A stretch of 64,000 bases of DNA from Mantamonas sphyraenae STR306 (GCA_026936335.1 JAPMXV010000005.1:336636-400635); one strand, 5' to 3'; counted from the stretch's first letter, positions 32,716 through 47,700 are shown. Notes: generated by a model not told the origin, from the letters alone. A program made the numbers and translations.

Positions 32716-35700
32716 TCACAGCAGGGCGAGCTCACCAAGAGTCAACACCTCCTTCCTCCACTCGACAAACTCGTTCACAAACAAAACACGCACTGTCTCG
32801 TCAAACGCATCCGGGTGGGCTTCGTCCACACGGCCGAGGCGGTGTGATTGCTCGACCAGCACTCCATACTCGATCATGTCCAAGTACTCGTCTTCGTCTT
32901 CGTCAAAGAAGCGGCCCACCACCTCGTTCATCTCGTCCATGCGCTTGTCTGTGGTCCACTGTGCAAACCCGTCGCGGTACGCTCGTGCGGCACGCAGAAA
33001 GTCGAGCTCACTCTTTTCGTGGCCGATGGCATGGCGCAGCACGTACTTGACAAACTTGGTACGGAGGATGTTGTCCGACATGGTTGCGGTCACGGACTCG
33101 ACGCGATCTTCCACAGAGGGTCCGTCGCGCAGGTCGTTCATGCCCTTCTGGAACTCGGTCAGCGGGTGTTGGAAGTGTTCGAGCACAACGCCGTCAAAGA
33201 GCTTGTCGTTCAGCTCGTGGTTTCCCAGACGCCTGAGGATATCCACCAGCAAGCCGTACTCCACCTCCACGCATTCCTCCGCATCTTCATCCAAGTACTC
33301 CTCGACCACCGAGTTTGCCGCGTCGGCAACCTCCTCCTCGGCATTGGGGCGGTCGTGGACGATGTTGTGGTACCGGCGCACACCTAGCCACAGACCCTGG
33401 AGCGTGTCGGACAGTACGTCCTGGCCCGCTCCGCCGTTGCCGTAGAATGTATCTGCAAAGCGGAAGTAGCGCGAGCGCAGCGCTGGCTCGTCCAGGACGT
33501 GCTCAAGCGATTCCAGCGCATGGGCAATGTTCTTGGGACCCTTGTCACTGGCAGCCACCAGTTGTTGGACGATTTCCGCATGCGTGCTGCGTCGCACACG
33601 GTCGTCCATAGTGACGACAGAGGTCATGCCGCGCGCCTTGGCTGCCTTCTTTACCCTCTCGCTCTCTTCAAACATGCCGAGAACCTTTGCGCGCTCGGCC
33701 ATCTGCTCGTTGTGGATACGGCGCTCCTCCAGCTGCTTGGCCAGGTTCGCCTCCATTTCCTTTACGATCTTCTTGCTTCGCGCAATCTTGATAAACTCGC
33801 GCACAATCACCACACCCAAAAACGCAAGGGTGACCGAATTGAGCACAAGCAACACGATGCTGATGAGCCAGTGGTCGTCTTCGGTTGTCTCTGAGCTGTA
33901 GAACATAAGGCCGGTCATCAGAGTCACGGTCGTCGCACCCAGGCTCATGGTTTCCAAACGTGTGGCCTCGGCCTCTGCAAACGGCCTTGCGTACAAGTGC
34001 ATGACGAGGGCGGCCATGCACATCCACAGACCTGCGTACAGCTGCGTGAGCGGTTCGTCACTCCAGCGCACAATGATGGCCACCACCATCAGCTTGCGCG
34101 TCATGATGACGATCTCCCAGAAGTAGCGGTTCTTGGAGTAGCCGTCGTACAGGAAGCGGTAGCGCGCCATCACAGTCGGCTGGCGCAGGCGCTTGCGGTT
34201 CTTTACGAGGATGCCCAACCCGACGAGAAGGACGCCGAGACAGTATACGAGGACAAAAAGGTAGCCCCAGGTGTTGAGGTAGTACAGATACTGATCGCTT
34301 GCGCAGTTGATGCGCATGTCTGCCTCCAGGTAGCGCGACCCGTCTTCCAGCGTGATGCAATTGAACATTTGGAACACGGCCTTGGACACCATCGGATGGG
34401 CGATGAACAGCACCACCATGAGGGTCAGCGCATACATGTTGCGCAGATGGTAACGCCACGCCTTGTTGTAGGGCAGCTTCTCTCGTGTTTGCAATGCTTC
34501 TTTGCCCCTCTCCATGCGCTCCTTCATGCGGTCCAGCAAACGGTCACGGTCGTCTTCGCTTGTGACGCGCAGCGTCTCGCGCTCGATTTCAAGGTTCGGG
34601 CGCGCCACCTTGATTCCAAAGTGCTTGGAAATGCGTGTGGCCCACAGATACACGGCGCCGTAGACGACCAGGGGCGCAAAGATGGTGAAGACGGGAAACA
34701 TCATGTAGCCGTTGAGCTGGTCAAAGTAGGTCCAGCCGGTGGCACAGTCGATGGGATGCAGACGGAGGCTAAAGAGGGCCACACCGCCGCTGCTAAACAG
34801 CCCTTGTGTTTCGGCGGCCCAATTCAGGCGGAACTCGCCAATGAAGGCCAGCACTTGCATGTAGTTGAGGGCAATCTTCATCATGATGGACGCCTGCGAC
34901 TTTTCGCCGGTCGAGGTGCGGATGAGGAAAAGGAGCATGGCTGTAGCAGCGGTGAAGAAGAGCACCACCAGCGTCCAGTTGTCCGAGTCTTCGCCGCAGA
35001 TGAGACATGCCTCGCCGAGTTTGCCGTAGCCGTCTTCGCACACGGCACAGAGGGGGCCACGATATCCTGTGGCGCAGGTGCTATTGGGGCCACCCTTGCA
35101 CGCATCCGGGTACGGGCACGCAATGTACTGGTCGGTGCCGGCACGGATGCCAAAGAAACCCCTTTGGGCTTGAATGCCGCCAGCTTGCGTGCACACAGCT
35201 CCGAGGGTGCACTTGAGGCAAGTGCGTTGGCCGTTTACGCTACGTTCGTAGAAGCCGTCGACGCATGTGCACTGGGCTTGCGAAACGGCAGCTTCCTGGC
35301 CCTCGGTGTCCATGAAGGGCGGGCACGCGTTGCATTCCACCTGGCCTCTGAGCTGCTGGTAGGACGACTCTGGGCAAGGTGTGCACGGCGACGTCTCGCT
35401 GACTGAAAAGTAGCCTGGGCGACAGCGGCACTGGTACCCGGATTCATCGGGCTCTGTGTTTGCGCGAACATCTTCCGCGCAGGTGATCACACGCACTGCG
35501 CCGGGCATGCTGAGGGTGCCGATGTTGGGCGTGGACGACACCGTGTAGGAGTAGGTGAAGCCCCAGCGGCCCTGGAACTGCAGCGCGGTGAAACGCACGA
35601 CACCGTTCTGGTCGCTGGTCTGTGCGTCGCCCTGCAGCTGGCGCACGGAAGGACTGACTGCGATGGCCAGGGCCACTCCTGTTCGATTGGCCTGGTTGCC

Positions 35701-38700
35701 AGCCCGGTCGAGCAGTCGGAATGTGGGCGGACTTGGCATGGGCCCCGTGTTTCGATACGACGTCGTGCCGTTGTTCACGAGCACAAAGGATGCGGCCGGG
35801 CCAGCAAGGACGTGCACCTGCACGTCGACGGCACCAAAGCCGCGGGGGCTAAACGTAACGATGTAGGGACCCTCCACAGCGTTCACCAGGAGGTCGTCAA
35901 AGGTGACGAGACCTCCGACCAGGTCACGTGCGAGGGTGCCCCCGATCATCACAGTAGCGTCGTTGCCGAGCTTCTGGTTGTTGCTGTTGGAGGTGGACAC
36001 ACGGTGCACGGAGCCCGACACGGTCACGCGGGTCACGGCGACGCCGGGCACGACGCCACGGCCAGCATCGACAATTTGCAGGTTGACGGGAGGGCTGAGA
36101 AGGACGCCCAGGTTTGCAGAGCCCGTGTAGGAGACCGTGCGTGTTGCGTTGCCATCGAGGACCACTTGCTCGGGAAAGCCCGTGGTCACGTTGAGAGCGA
36201 CATCTGTGCTTTGGATGCCCTGCGAGGAGAAGCGCAATACATGGACGCCACGGACGGGGCGGGTGAGCTGCAGGTCAGCAAACTGGACGACGCCCACGCT
36301 GCTGAACACGGTGCGCGTGCCCTGCCAGGACAGAGGTACAAACGCGTCGTTTTCACGGTCAAAGGACCCTGGGCTGGACGCGAGGGTGACTTCCACTCGG
36401 CGTTGGGCCTGGTCTGCGACGCCCAAGAGATTGCCGCCAATATCCACCATGGCCAGGTTGACGGCGCCGACAAAGACGACGCGGCTGGCAGGCAGCTGCT
36501 TGTTTGCACTCTGGGACGTTTCTGTCCATGCATGCGGCTGGCCGACACCGACGCGTACCTGCGCCTGCACAGTTGCCAGCGAGCCGCTGGCAAAGGTGAA
36601 CAGGTAGGTGCCGACGCGTGGCCTGGTGAGCGTCATGCCAGACACAACCACGGAGCCATTGCGTAGGTGCAAACTGGCGGGGAGGTTTGCCGACAGAGTG
36701 CCGTTGAGCTTGGTGCCATTGACCGAGCGCACGTTGGCGGCGTCGGAGGTGCCGACAAACACCCCGGCTGCATCCAGGAGGCGCAACTCGAAATCCACGA
36801 CGGTGAGCGGGTCGGCACTCGGGTAGAGACGCTGGTCGAGTCCTGCGGCAAGAGCGATGCGCACAGGCGCACCGATGCGCACATGGACCTGGGTCGAGTC
36901 TTTTGTCACGGACAGGCCCGCCAGTCCGACAAACTCGAGGACAAACGGAGAGGCCTCACTGCTGGGTGCCTGAAGTTGCAGGGAGCTAAAAGTGGCCTCG
37001 CTTCCCTCGATGGCGACGACCTTTGTGCCGGAGAGGGGCACGGCGGGCTGTGCGGTGACTTGCAGCTGCTTGCCTGCTCCCAGACGGGTTGGCTTGCCGC
37101 CCGCGTCGAGAACGCGCACGGTGATGGCGTCGAGGTCCACCGTGACTGCAGTTGGGTGAGGAGTGGTCGTGTAGGGCACGACGGCCAACTGAGTGGGCTG
37201 CCCTTCGGTGATGTTGACCTGGATGCTCGTGTTGCTCAGGCCGGCGGTGACAAAGACGACGGTGTGCAGACCCTGCACAGGGCGGACAGCCTGCAAACCG
37301 CTGAAATGCAGCCTGCCGTTGCGCATCTGTTGCACAACGGGGCCGGCCAAGGCGAGGGAGGGGCTGACTGCAAGGACGTCACGGACTTGGCCATCGGCGG
37401 CATTGACCGGGGCACCGCCAGCCTCGTACGCGGCAATAGTGATGTTGGCAAAGGTCGTGTGGATGGATGAGGGGATGACTTGGGAGTCACCGACCTCGAC
37501 GCGCTGCTCAATGGCTTGGCCAAGGGTGACCTGGAATGCAACGGTTGCGTTGAGCAGGCCCGGACTGGAGAGATGGAGGGCGTACGAGCCCACGGGCGGG
37601 CGCGAGATGTTCACGTTGGCAATGGTGGCCACGCCGTTCTGCATGACAAAGGTGGCCTGGCCGAGGACACGCGCACTGGGGGAATAAAGGTGCACGGCGC
37701 GGGTGGATGGCGAATCCGTGTTTCCGACGGCCACAGACGCACTGTCCACAGCACGCACCACGAACGAGGGCAGTTGGAGGTTGACCACCGACTGGAAGGA
37801 CACTTGTGCAGGCTGGACCACTTGCAGGGACACGGCGGGCCCGATGCTGACACGGACCTCCAACTGGGCAGGCTCCAAGCCCGTCGAGACAAACGAAATG
37901 ACGTAGGTGTTGGCGACGGGGCTGGTGAGCGTGATGCCACCGAAAGTGGCGTTCCCGTTGAGCATGGTGGCCTGTGCACCCTGAGCAATGGTTGCAATGG
38001 GCTCGCCTTCCGTGCCGTTGCCAACACTAGCAAACACGGCACGGGCGCCGTCGACGGTGACCGGGTTACCGCCGATGTCCAAGGAGCGCAGCTGGATGGC
38101 AGGGAGCACTGTTGCAGCCACAGTGCGCAGGGAAGGTGGCTGTGTGCCGGGAGCAAGGATGAGCGAGGCCGGAGGACCTGTGATCACACGCACAACGGCA
38201 GTGGGGCTGTTTGCAAGTCCCGGCGAAGAAAAGGTCAACAGATACACGCCGACGCGCGGAGAGGCCAGGCCGAGGTTGGTAAAAGTGACCAAACCGGCGC
38301 CGTCGACGTTGACGGTGGTGCTTCCGACCACACTCTGGCTTGTGTCGTTGATGGACACAGTCACGTTGCGCCCTGCGTTTCCGAGACTTGTGACACCCCC
38401 GCCTGCATCGAGGGTGCTGAGAGAGATGGCACCAAACAAGGAGGATGCCAGGGATTGGACCTGCGTGTTGGCAACGCTGACACTGCTGAGCTTGTAGGCG
38501 TTTCCGGCACCGATGGTTGCAGTGAGCGTGACGTTGGTGAGACCACTCGATGAAAAGGTGAGGGTGTATGTGCCACGAGGAGCAAAGCTAAAGGAAAGGC
38601 CGCGAAGCAGGGCGTGGCCGTTGGACATGACGACGCTCGTGTTGCCGCTCAGGACTCCGTTGTTGTCCACCGAGACGGCCACGTTGCGCTGGGATGCATC

Positions 38701-41700
38701 GGTGGCGCCAACAAAGGTGTTTCCGGCGTCAAAGGCACGCAGCTCGACGTCTGGCACGACGAGCGTAGCTTGTGTTTGGGCGCTCACGGCGGCGGGCGAG
38801 ATGACACGCAGGGTGACGGCTGGTCCTGTCTCGATGCGCACCAGCACGTCGACGGAAAGCAGGCCCGAGCTCGTGAAACGCAGCGTGTAGTTGCCCACCG
38901 AGGGGGCAACCAGACTCATGTTGGAAAAGGTGGCCTGCGAGGCGTTGACGAGGGAGACGGCAAGGGAGCCTTCAAGGACGCCGTTCTCGGGACCACTGAC
39001 CTGCGAGACGGTAACGTCGCGTGTGTCTGCGTACTGGTCGGGCACGACGTTGTTGGCCGTGTCGAGCACGCTGAGGACCAGGCCGGCGTGGACGCTTACG
39101 CGCGCTGTGGACGGGAGTGGACCGAGGACGCTCTGGGCGCTTGCCAGAGCGTGGGGAGGACCAGGCGTAATGATCACAGCCGACGTGGTGGAAACTAGGC
39201 CTGCACACACGTACGTCAGCGTGTAGGTCTGGTTTGGTGGTTTGGCCATTTGCAGGCCTGGAAAGTCGACGAGGCCGGCAAAGGTACGGCGCGTAGCGAT
39301 GCCCTGCAAGGGGACGGAGGTGCTCACGTTGACGATCAAATCTGTGGCTGCGGGCACTCGTGAGCCTCCAATATCCAGGACTTCGATGCGTTGGTTCGGT
39401 AGGTTGACGCTCGGCCGTGTTGGTAGAGTCACCGAGGCATCCGAAACGAGGCGCAGAGAGTAAGGAGCACCAATGTCGATGCGTACGGCGACAGTAGCGT
39501 TGGGAAGACCCTCGACACCCAGAACCATGGTGTACTCGTTGGCTTTGGGCCGGAAGAGGCTCACGTTGTGAAAGACGACCGAAGCAGTGTCCATGACGAT
39601 GGACGTGGTGCCCTGGACCACGGCAGTGGTGTTGGACAGCACAGTGTACAGGCGTGCCACCTTTGAGGCCGCACGGTCGTTGTTGACGACGGTGTTACCT
39701 GCGTCGAGCAAGGAGAGGGTGACGTTTGCGATTTTGACGAGGTTTGCACTTCCGTAGGGACCCAAGGAGAGGGGTGCAACCTTGAGGCTTACCGGGTTGC
39801 CGCTTTGAACGGCCAACACCATCTCAACACTGGTCAAATTGGTTGAACTGAGAGTCAGCGTGTAGTTTTGCACGAGGGGAGCCTTGAGCTGGATGCCGCT
39901 GAAGATCAACTGGCCGTTGATCATGTGTGCCACGGCTGTGGATGACACCAAACCACTTCCGGACGGCGACACGGACGCGGTGACGGTGCGGTTCTGTGTG
40001 TCGGAAGCGCCCACAAAGACGCCACCGGCGTCGAGGGCCTGCACGGTGATGTTGGGCACGACGACGTCGGTGAAAGTCTCGACAACGACGGCGGCGTCGG
40101 AGACGACACGGAGCTGCGTGGGTGCACCCACCGTGACCGTAATGAGACTATCGACACTGGTAAGGCCCGCGGAGGACGCGCGAATGACATACAGACCAAC
40201 GGCAGGCTTCAAGAGGCGGATGTTGGCAAAAGAGACGGTGCCTGCGCTCATGGAGCCTCCCAGAGAGCCAGTTAGCGCGAGGGAGGTGGTGTTGAGGGTA
40301 GCGATGCTCACTGCGCGCGTGGTGTCTGTGGCGCCGACAAAGTTGGCACCGATGTCGTAGGCGTCGACGACAATAGAGTCGAGGAGCACCTGTGCGGCGG
40401 ACGGGTGTGTTTGGGATTGGCCCGTGCGTAGACGCAGCTCGACGGCAGCGCCGATGGTGACCTGCAGCTGGGCAGTGACGTTGAGGACGTTGTACGAACG
40501 AAATGCGACGAGGTAGGTACCCTGAGCAGGTTTGGCGACGCGCATGCCTGCAATGCTGCACTGGCCGTCGACAGCAGTGCATCCTGCTGCACCTGCACCA
40601 ATGATTGGCAGCGAAGCGTTCAAGCTCACGGGAGTGATGGCAACGGGCCAGCCAAAGGTTTCCTTGGTGAGCGTGCCGGAAATGTCCAGCACCTGGACCG
40701 CGACTGTGTTGATGAGCACAGTGGAGGCGGACGGGTACGTGCCACTGATGGTCGTGACCAACGCAAGGGAGTGGGGCGGACCGGAGGTGACGGTGACGGC
40801 GAGCTGGACTGAAGTGGTTCCGCCGTTGAGGGGCTGGACCATGGCAAAGGTGAGATTGTAGAGGCCGGGCACGGGCTTGACGAGAGACAAACCTGTAATT
40901 GCAAGGGAACCCTGGCTCATGTTGAAATGGGAGGGCCCCGAGAGCACAGCACCGGGATTTGGATTTCCGCTTGGTTGTCCACTCAGTGCGACGCTGACGT
41001 TGCGGTTGCCATCTGTGGCACCAACCAACACGTCGCTGACGTCATAGAGACGCAGTTGGACGGCGGAGATGGATGTTTGTGCGGCGGATGCGGCTGTTTG
41101 TGCGGCGGCACTGGTACGTTTCAGGGAGTGTGCCGGTCCAATGATCATGGAGAAATTGGTGTGGACCTCGACCAGTCCGTTGTCACTGGAGAAGGCGAGG
41201 CGGTAGTGGTTGACGGGCAGGGCATTGAGGGTGAGATCGGTGAAGTTTGCCACCCCTGCGACAAGGGCGACGGTGCGCGTGCCGCTGAGGTAGGTGGTGG
41301 ACACGTCGGCCATGGTGTCGGTACGCAAGAGACGCACGGTGACAGACTGGGTGGCAGTGTCCTGGCTGAGGAGAGGTTCGCGCTGGTGGTTGAGGGTGCG
41401 GAGGGTGACGGGCGGGACCGGTACAGAGGCCAGGGTTTGCTGTGCGGGCCATGTGGACAAGTCGCGAGTCAGGTCGAGGTACTCGGGGGTGTCCGTGTAC
41501 ACACCGTGGACCTCAAACTCAAAGAGCCACGCGCCGTCGGTGGTGGTGCCAAACTTGCCCATGACGCCTTCTGTGTTGTTGAAACGCATGCGAAAGTGCG
41601 TGGCGCGCAACTCGGCAGAGAGAAAATCGATGCAAATGGAGGCGTCCTCCTGGTCAGAGGGCACAAAGAAGCACGGCTTCTGGGTGCCGAGACTAATGGC

Positions 41701-44700
41701 GTCGGACTTTGTGATGCGCGTGAGTAGAGGAACCCATGTGCCGTTGCCGCTGACGTCGTAGTCGATGTAGTAGTAGGCGGGCTGGTTGGCACAGGGGCGG
41801 AACCAGCTGGTGACAAACTCGTTGACAAAGGCCTGCCTGGGCAGGGCGACAATGACACTGGCGAGGTCGGTCATGTTGCTCGTGAATTGCTGGGCAAACT
41901 TGATGCCGCAAAACTTGCCTTGGTTGGCAACGGTTTTCTCGCAGCAGCGGTCGTTGTCATTGATGCCATAAAGACCGGTGCGAAAGTCGACACCGTCAGA
42001 GCCAGCCGAAGCGTTGATGGATGCGGCTGCGGCGAGGTTGGGGAAGTAGAGCTGGCCCTTTGCTTCTCGCTCGAGCTTGCCGACGGGCAGCTCTGTGGCG
42101 AGGCGGCACAACGGGGAAAAGGGCTCGATGTACTTGAAGAAACCCGCGGCGGCGACGGCAGGGACAAAGTTTTGGCGATTGTTGGCGACAGAGACGACGA
42201 GGTCGCCGACGATGTTCTCTGGAGAGGTGCAGAGGATCTCTGTGGTGGAGACAAACTCGGGGGCGACGGAGTTGATGACGTCGCCAAACTTGCAGGCGAG
42301 GAGGGGGTTGTTGATGAAGCCTGTGCCACGTACGGTGACTGGCGTGCGTCCATACACAGGTCCGTTGTTGGGCTCGAAGGAGGATACCACGAGCTGGGGA
42401 TGGACGAGGAACGGCACGTTTGCGGCACTGGTGTTGACGTAGGCGTTGTTTGTGACGACGAGATCCTTGGAGCCGGTGGAAACGGCGGCGGTCGTGCATA
42501 CGATCTGCGTACCGCTGATGTAGGAGACGGAAGCGCAGTCGACGCCGCCTACGCGAGCCAGCATCTTGGGAGTGTCGACAAAGTTTGTGCCTGTGATGGT
42601 GATGCGTGTGTTGCCTGTCTGTGGGCCGAGGGGCGGGAGGAGGAAGGAGTAGTTGGCCGGCCCAAAGGCTTGGATGACGGACCATTGGCTGGCGCCGACG
42701 ATCTGGCCACCGGTGGTTACGGTGACGTTGACGGTACCTGCGCGAGGGGCGGTGTACTCAAAAGGGTACAGGCCACTGGACGGGGTTTTTGCGACGACGT
42801 TCAGTTCGGAGCCCTCAAAAAAGACGCGGAGGTCAAAGCTGTCGACGGCACCGATGCTGCGTAGGTTACCAAAGGCATCGCGACTCTGGACGTTGACCTC
42901 AGCGGCACTGAGAGCACCCCAGGCTTTTGTGTCGACGGTTGTGGATGGGATGTGGAGGGAAGCCGGGAGACACTGCATGGCAAACGGACTGCCAGAAATG
43001 TGGATGTTTGCACCGGTGGTGTTTGCCTGGTGGACGTGGAGGACGTAGTTGCCACTGACGGTGGCGTTGTAGTCGACTGCATATGCGCCTGGAATGGAGC
43101 CGTGTGGGGCGACGGTTGCGTTGACACGGACGGCCGGGTTTGCCGAGAGGACGGCGTAGGCAGCAAACGAGTCTGTGGTGAGGGAACGGTTGTTGTGGAA
43201 CCTGTCCCTAGCCTGAAGAGTGAATGTGCCTTGGGCCCCAGCGACCACAGAGGAGAGAGCCTGTCCGTACGCGACGCTGTCGGAGACACTTGTGTTTGTG
43301 GGCAGGACCTGTGTAGTGAAGGGGGAGTTGCCAAAGGACATGCCGTTGACGAGCACCTGTACGTTGTAGTGACCGGCTCGGGTCACTGGGTAGGTTGTAC
43401 TGTAGAGGCCTGCGGCAACGTTTGCGACGGCACCGGTGATGGGCGGGATGGCTTGCGTGGCGTGGGTAAGGGTGACCTGGAGGGAGTCGCCGTTTTGGGA
43501 ACGGGTGTTCCCGTATGCGTCGCGGACCTGCATTTGCCAGGTGACAGAGGTGCCCGCAAGAGCAGCAGAGGCGGGCTGTGCGACGGAGCTTGTCTGGCCG
43601 TAGGCGATGTTGTTTGCGACGGAGACGGCGACCGGAGAGCCTTGGACTTGGAGGCCGTCGACGCGGACGGTGGCGGCCCAAAGACCTGCCAAGGTGTAGT
43701 TTGTGCGCACGGTGTAGGTTCCAGAAGCGCCTGGATCGGCTGTGATGGACTGGTCCGCGTGTGTGCCGCCACCTGTGCGCGTGCTAGTCACGGCGAGAGA
43801 ATCGCCGGCCTGTGTGCGTGCGTTGCCAAAGGCGTCGCGTGCCTGGACCTGGTAGACGACGTGCACGCCTGCGGTGGCAGTGGCAGGAGGGTTGACGAGT
43901 GTGCAGCGCGGGCCGTAGGTGGCGGCAGGGACGACGGTGAGGGTTGAGCCGCTGCCGAGGATGGGATCGCCGTTGAAAAAGGCAGAGATGGTGTAGGCTC
44001 CAGCGAGGGTGGCGTTGAAGAGGACGGCGTAGGCGCCGTTGCCCTGGTCGTTCTGCGTGAGACCTGCGGCTTGGACACCGGCGAGGGCGTTGTGGTTGAT
44101 GGAGAGGACAAAGGCGGAGCCGCCGGAGGTGAGGTCGTTGTTGTACTGGTCACGAGCCTGAATGGCGATGGAGCCCTGGGAGCCAGCCACGGTGTTGGTG
44201 ACACCAGAGAGCTGTGTTGTGGCAGCGGCAATGGTGGACGGCAGGACTGTGACTGTAAACGGGCTGGAGACGATGTGCAGGGAGGCGCCGTTTGTGACGA
44301 GGATGTTGTACTGGCCAGAGACGGTTGCCTGGTAGGAGACGGTGCGCTGTCCAGAGGCAACGGGGCCATTTGCGATAGCGATGGCATTTGCGGCACGGCC
44401 AGCGATTGTCTTGTGGGGCACGGCGACGGAGATGGGGTCGAAGGAGGTGCGGTTGTTGTTGTACACATCTTTGCACTGGACGGAGAAAGTGGAGGTTTGG
44501 CCGGCGACGGTTGGTTGGCCGCTGTAGAGGAGGCCACCGAGAGCGACAAAGTTTGTGAGCTGTGCCGGGCCGGGGGAAACGGCGACGGTGCGTGTGAGAC
44601 CGACCTGTGCGTCGAGGCCGATGGCGAGAGTGTAGGAGCCGGTGACGGTGACGGTGTACTGGACTTGGTACTGGCCAGATGCGGCCGAACCCGGGGTGAC

Positions 44701-47700
44701 TGCGGCTGCGATGGGAGCAAGGGCGCCGGACGAGTGGGTGAGGTTTGCAAAGAAGTTGTCGGTCTCGACGGTGCGCGGGTTGTCAAACTGGTCCTTGGCC
44801 TGGATGGTAAAGGAGGCGGGAGTGCCAGCGACGGCTGCGGAGTCACCTCCGCCGGAGCCGTCGAGAATGGTGGTTTGGGAGGCCTTTGCAGGTCCTGCGA
44901 CAATGACAGGGCTGATGGTCTGGCCAAAGGCGTTCCCGTTTACGCTGAGGGCCATACTGTAGGTCCTGGCCTGCTGGGCTGTGTAGGTGAGTGTGTAGCG
45001 GCCGTTTGTGTTTGGAGTGACAGCGACGGCGACTGTGGGAGTGCTGAGGGAAGAGACGACGGTCGCGGTCGAGGTTGCGAGGACGTTGAGAAATTGGTCG
45101 CGCAGGTCAACGATAAAGGTGGCTTGGACGCCTGCAGTGCCTCCTGTTGCGCCGGCGCCAGAGACGACGGTGTTTGCGGCGACGGGGTCTGCCTGTGGGG
45201 CGACGTTGACGGTGAAGGGACTGCCCGGGATGGCGGTGCCTTGGACGGTAACAGCCATGTTGTAGGGGCCGGCCTTTGTGGCGGTGTAGGTCATGCGGTA
45301 GAGACCACCGCCGGACGGATTGGAGGCGGCAGCGTTGATGTCTGCAAGGCCGGTTTTGGTGAGGGTTGCGACGACACTGGAGGAGGTTGTGGTGAGGCGA
45401 TTGTTGTGTGCGTCACGCACGGTGATGTCGATGTAGGCCGGGAAGCCAGCGACAGCGTCTGTGAGACCGGAGCCTGTGGAGAGGCTGTTTGCAGGGACGG
45501 CAGCGCCCGGGGTGACCGAGACGGTGCGCGGGAAGCCCAGGGCGGCCTGGCCACGGATGGTGAGGGAAAATTGGTAGGAGGCGGCGTAGGTGAGGGTGTA
45601 GGCAGCACGATACTCGCCAGCAGCCTCTGTGGTGATGGTGGCGTCGACGGGAGTGATGCCCGCGGTGGTGAGGGATCCAGAGACGGTTTCTGCGTTGTCG
45701 GTGTGCTTGTTTGCGAAGCGATCGCGAGCGGTAAGCACGACGTAGGAAGGGGCGCCTGCGACGACGGCGTCGAGCCCCGGACCGACGGCTGTGCAAAGGG
45801 GACCATGGGCAGGGGCCGGGAGGACGTTGATGGCGCGAGGAGTGCCGAGGGCGGGCTCGCTGAAGCGTGACTTGTCGATGAGTGAGAGTGAATAGGACTT
45901 GGCCTCTGTGGCATTTCCTCCAGAGACCTGGACGGAATGGATGGGAGGCAGGGTAGCCTGTGTGGCGACGAATGCGGTATGGAGGGCCGGGGTCACGGAA
46001 ACGGAGTAGCGGAGGCCGTTTGCACGCTTGGGCGGGTCGACGCCAGCGACAAATGCCCAGGTGGAACCTGTTTTCACGCGGAGGTGCTGCTGGAACGGGG
46101 AGAGGTCGTAGACCATGGCGCCGAGCTGGTTCTCCATGGTGTAGTATGCGTAGAGGCCTGCTTCGTCAGGGGCGACGCCGTAGCGCATGTACTGTTGGAT
46201 GTGAGATTGAGGCTTTGCGCCGTCGAGTAGAAAGACCTGTGTGAGGAGGCCGTCGATGCACTCGTTATTCTGGTAATTGCCCTCCTGGGCGTCCTGGTCG
46301 CAGCCGAGGACGATGGCACCGTTGGCGGTGCGGAGAGTGACGTCCTTGATCTTGCTGCCTCCGGAGGCGTAGAGGGCGTTTGAGACGACTGCGCCGTCCT
46401 TGTAAAAGACGACACGGCCGTCGGAGTTGTCGACGGTGACGGCGATGTGGTTCCAGACGCCGACGTCGATGGTGACGTCTGTGAGGTCGCCGGTCTTGCC
46501 TGCGGGGCCCCACTCGATGCCGCACTTTGTGAGGCCGACCTCAAAGTTGAGTTCGTCGACGTAGACGGAGGTGGAGTAGCCGAGGACGATGGCCTTTGCA
46601 CCGGAGGGGAAGTCGCTTGTGGCTTTGATCCATGCGCCGATGGTGAGTTTGGAGGTGGGTACTTGTGCGCCTCCACCGCGGCTTGCGGTTGTGAGGTCGC
46701 CGTCCTTGCCGTGCATGCGTAGGGAGGCGCCTGTGGTGAGGACGGCGCCTGTGGCAGTGAGGTGGCGTGCTTGGCCGGAGGCATCGCGGACAGGGCTTGT
46801 TGCACAGTCGTCAAAGTTCCAGAGGGCCCAGAGGGAGGGCTCGTCGCCCTGCAGGGGCGCAGCCATGAGTTGGCGTGCGGTGGAGGGGTCAAGACGTGCT
46901 TGCCAGAGGGCGATGTCGTCGAGCCAGCCGTCAAAGACGGCGTTGTTGTCGTAGGCTGGGGCCTGCTGGGAGGTTGAGGTGGACTGGCGTGCGATGTGGA
47001 GGGTGCCTGGAGAGGCGATGGCGTCTGTGGTTGCGAGGAGGCCTGCAGGAGTGAGGGCGACGCCGTCGAGGTAGAGGTAGACGTTTCCGTCTGAGCGGGC
47101 CCAGGTGTAGACGAGGTGGTGCCAGGATTTGAAGGCGTCGCCGAGGGAGAGCGTGTATGCGACGCATGCGTTGTCGCCGAGGCACATGAGGATGGCGTCT
47201 GAGCGGAACTTGCAGACGAGTGCGTGTGCTTGAGAGGAAGAGGAGTAGGAGAGAGCGGACATGTTTGCGGAGGGCCTCTCTCCAGGCTTGATCCAGAAGG
47301 AGACGGAGACGGCATCGGTTGGCATGGGAAAGGCTGTGGCGGAGAGGACGTTGTCTGTGGAGGAGAGGTCGTCCTTGTAAAAATGGCAGTTGAGGGGCGG
47401 GGTGGTGATGTTGTTGAGGAAACGATCGCGAGGCTGGAGGAGGTAGGATGGCCACTGGTCGCCGGCGGTGATGACGGAGGACGGGAGGGAGCCGTTGAAG
47501 AGGCCCGAGGAAGGGCCGTGGGAATGTGACGGGAGGACGGAAAATGTGTACGGGGAGTCGGCGACGTGTACGGCGGCGTTTGTGATGGAGAGAGAGTAAG
47601 CGCCGGCGACGGTTGCGTTGAAGGAGATGTGGTAGCGGCCCGGGGCGGGGTCTGTGACGGTGGGCGGGGAGAGAGAGAGGGAGGGGAGGGAGGCGTGTTG

